Assembly (NCBI GenBank): GCA_028279805.1
Contig: JANQMZ010000007.1
Span: forward strand, 540,001 to 572,000
Source: an archaeon
GTDB lineage: Archaea > Iainarchaeota > Iainarchaeia > Iainarchaeales > JANQMZ01
Direction of reading: 5' to 3'
DNA: 32,000 bases
The position numbers and the translations under genes are program-made. This document shows, one piece after another, positions 31,571-32,000 of this stretch (its first letter is position 1; the number at the start of each line of letters is the position of its first letter). Under the pieces are notes generated by a model that did no database searches, was not told the origin of the DNA, and saw nothing but the letters and a program-made list of their open reading frames with translations.

Positions 31571-32000
31571 TATAACAAGCCTGAGGCAACTCCGCCTAAT
31601 GCCTGTCCCATTAATAATCTGATTCCGAAAAAAACAACAAAAGCAATAACCAGCATTACCGGAATATATTTTACTCCGTCAAGCTCTTTTCCGGAATTGA
31701 TTACTCCTAAAACAAGTGAAGAAAAAATAACAGTAACAATTAATGCAATTTGAGCAAAAAACAAAATAAATGCAGGTTCAATTGCACTTGCCGGGGTTCC
31801 CACCAAGCCTGTTACGCCAATTGCGCTTCCTGAAGCACGTGAAGTGAAATCCTGAGGCAAACTGATATCCTGTGTCTGTTCTGTTATTGATTCAACAATA
31901 ATTGTTGACAATCCTAACAATGCGGGCGCGCCTATGGCTGCAGCAAAAAAAATCATTAAAACATACAGTGAAACGTTTGCATGAATTTCATGTCTAAGCT
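31570..32000 (-). CDS. C-terminal part of a polytopic membrane protein, FlaJ/TadC/PilC-like pilus platform candidate (gene runs off the right edge)
   Basis: The track gives 128 aa from M at 31956, but the frame stays open to 32000 (..LRHEIHANVSLYVLMIFFAAAIG..). There are at least 3 TM helices separated by a loop. It is convergent with the major pilin. The family call rests mainly on context. Confidence 0.45.
   Translation of the reverse strand, partial: LRHEIHANVSLYVLMIFFAAAIGAPALLGLSTIIVESITEQTQDISLPQDFTSRASGSAIGVTGLVGTPASAIEPAFILFFAQIALIVTVIFSSLVLGVINSGKELDGVKYIPVMLVIAFVVFFGIRLLMGQALGGVASGLL

Noticed and set aside
31570-31956. Treating the 128-aa ORF as a complete small membrane protein
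   Set aside because: The reading frame has no stop between 31957 and the window end, so the Met at 31956 is most likely internal to a larger polytopic protein.
1-32000. Mobile genetic element or prophage content
   Set aside because: I recognised no integrase, transposase, capsid/terminase-like or tRNA-flanked island signature. The short inverted repeats at 9532/9704 and 12046/12093 lack any associated transposase, and I report them only as possible miniature elements.

Overview
AT-rich, tightly packed archaeal window. Diagnostic genes are proteasome beta, aCPSF1/FttA, NAC, Fap7-type kinase, archaeal PGK and many class III (prepilin) signal peptides. The small proteins, reduced metabolism and heavy investment in surface proteins suggest a DPANN-type small-genome archaeon, but that assignment is inference only. 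I support about 40 CDS. Housekeeping genes are a helicase fragment, PanK-II-like + CoaBC, NAC, long FKBP, psmB, aCPSF1, Fap7, a PRC-barrel protein, an NFACT-N protein, Lrp, glnA, pgk, PGM/PMM, a PfkB kinase, Nudix and a transglutaminase-like protein. By my coordinate sums roughly 40% of the window encodes secreted or membrane-anchored proteins of unknown function. Two accessory loci stand out. (1) At 26.5-32.0 kb, a type IV pilus-like locus has five translationally coupled pilin-like genes. One is a ~770-aa modular pilin with a complete MIDAS vWA domain and a CARDB-like C-terminus. A separately promoted major pilin and a convergent FlaJ/TadC-like membrane protein running off the window edge complete it. 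The layout parallels the bacterial fimU-pilVWXY1E priming/tip operon. (2) At 20.0-24.9 kb, a four-gene operon of anchored beta-sandwich/Cys-rich surface proteins sits divergent from a small unanchored secreted protein. That protein shares a near-identical signal-peptide end and mature N-terminus with one operon member, suggesting a TasA/TapA-like donor-strand fibre. At the DNA level I note three exactly 61-bp-phased TATACATAA units. I also note an 11-bp perfect inverted repeat that pairs a Shine-Dalgarno with a downstream anti-SD around a 43-codon ORF. There is a promoter-to-oligo-T candidate hairpin sRNA capped by a GNRA loop. A recurrent AGGTG-T6-TTG initiation cassette shows that three ORF-track GTG starts (the MFFL... 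N-termini) are really the SD. I recognised no rRNA, tRNA, CRISPR array, transposase or integrase. All functional calls rest on motif recognition by eye; no searches were run.
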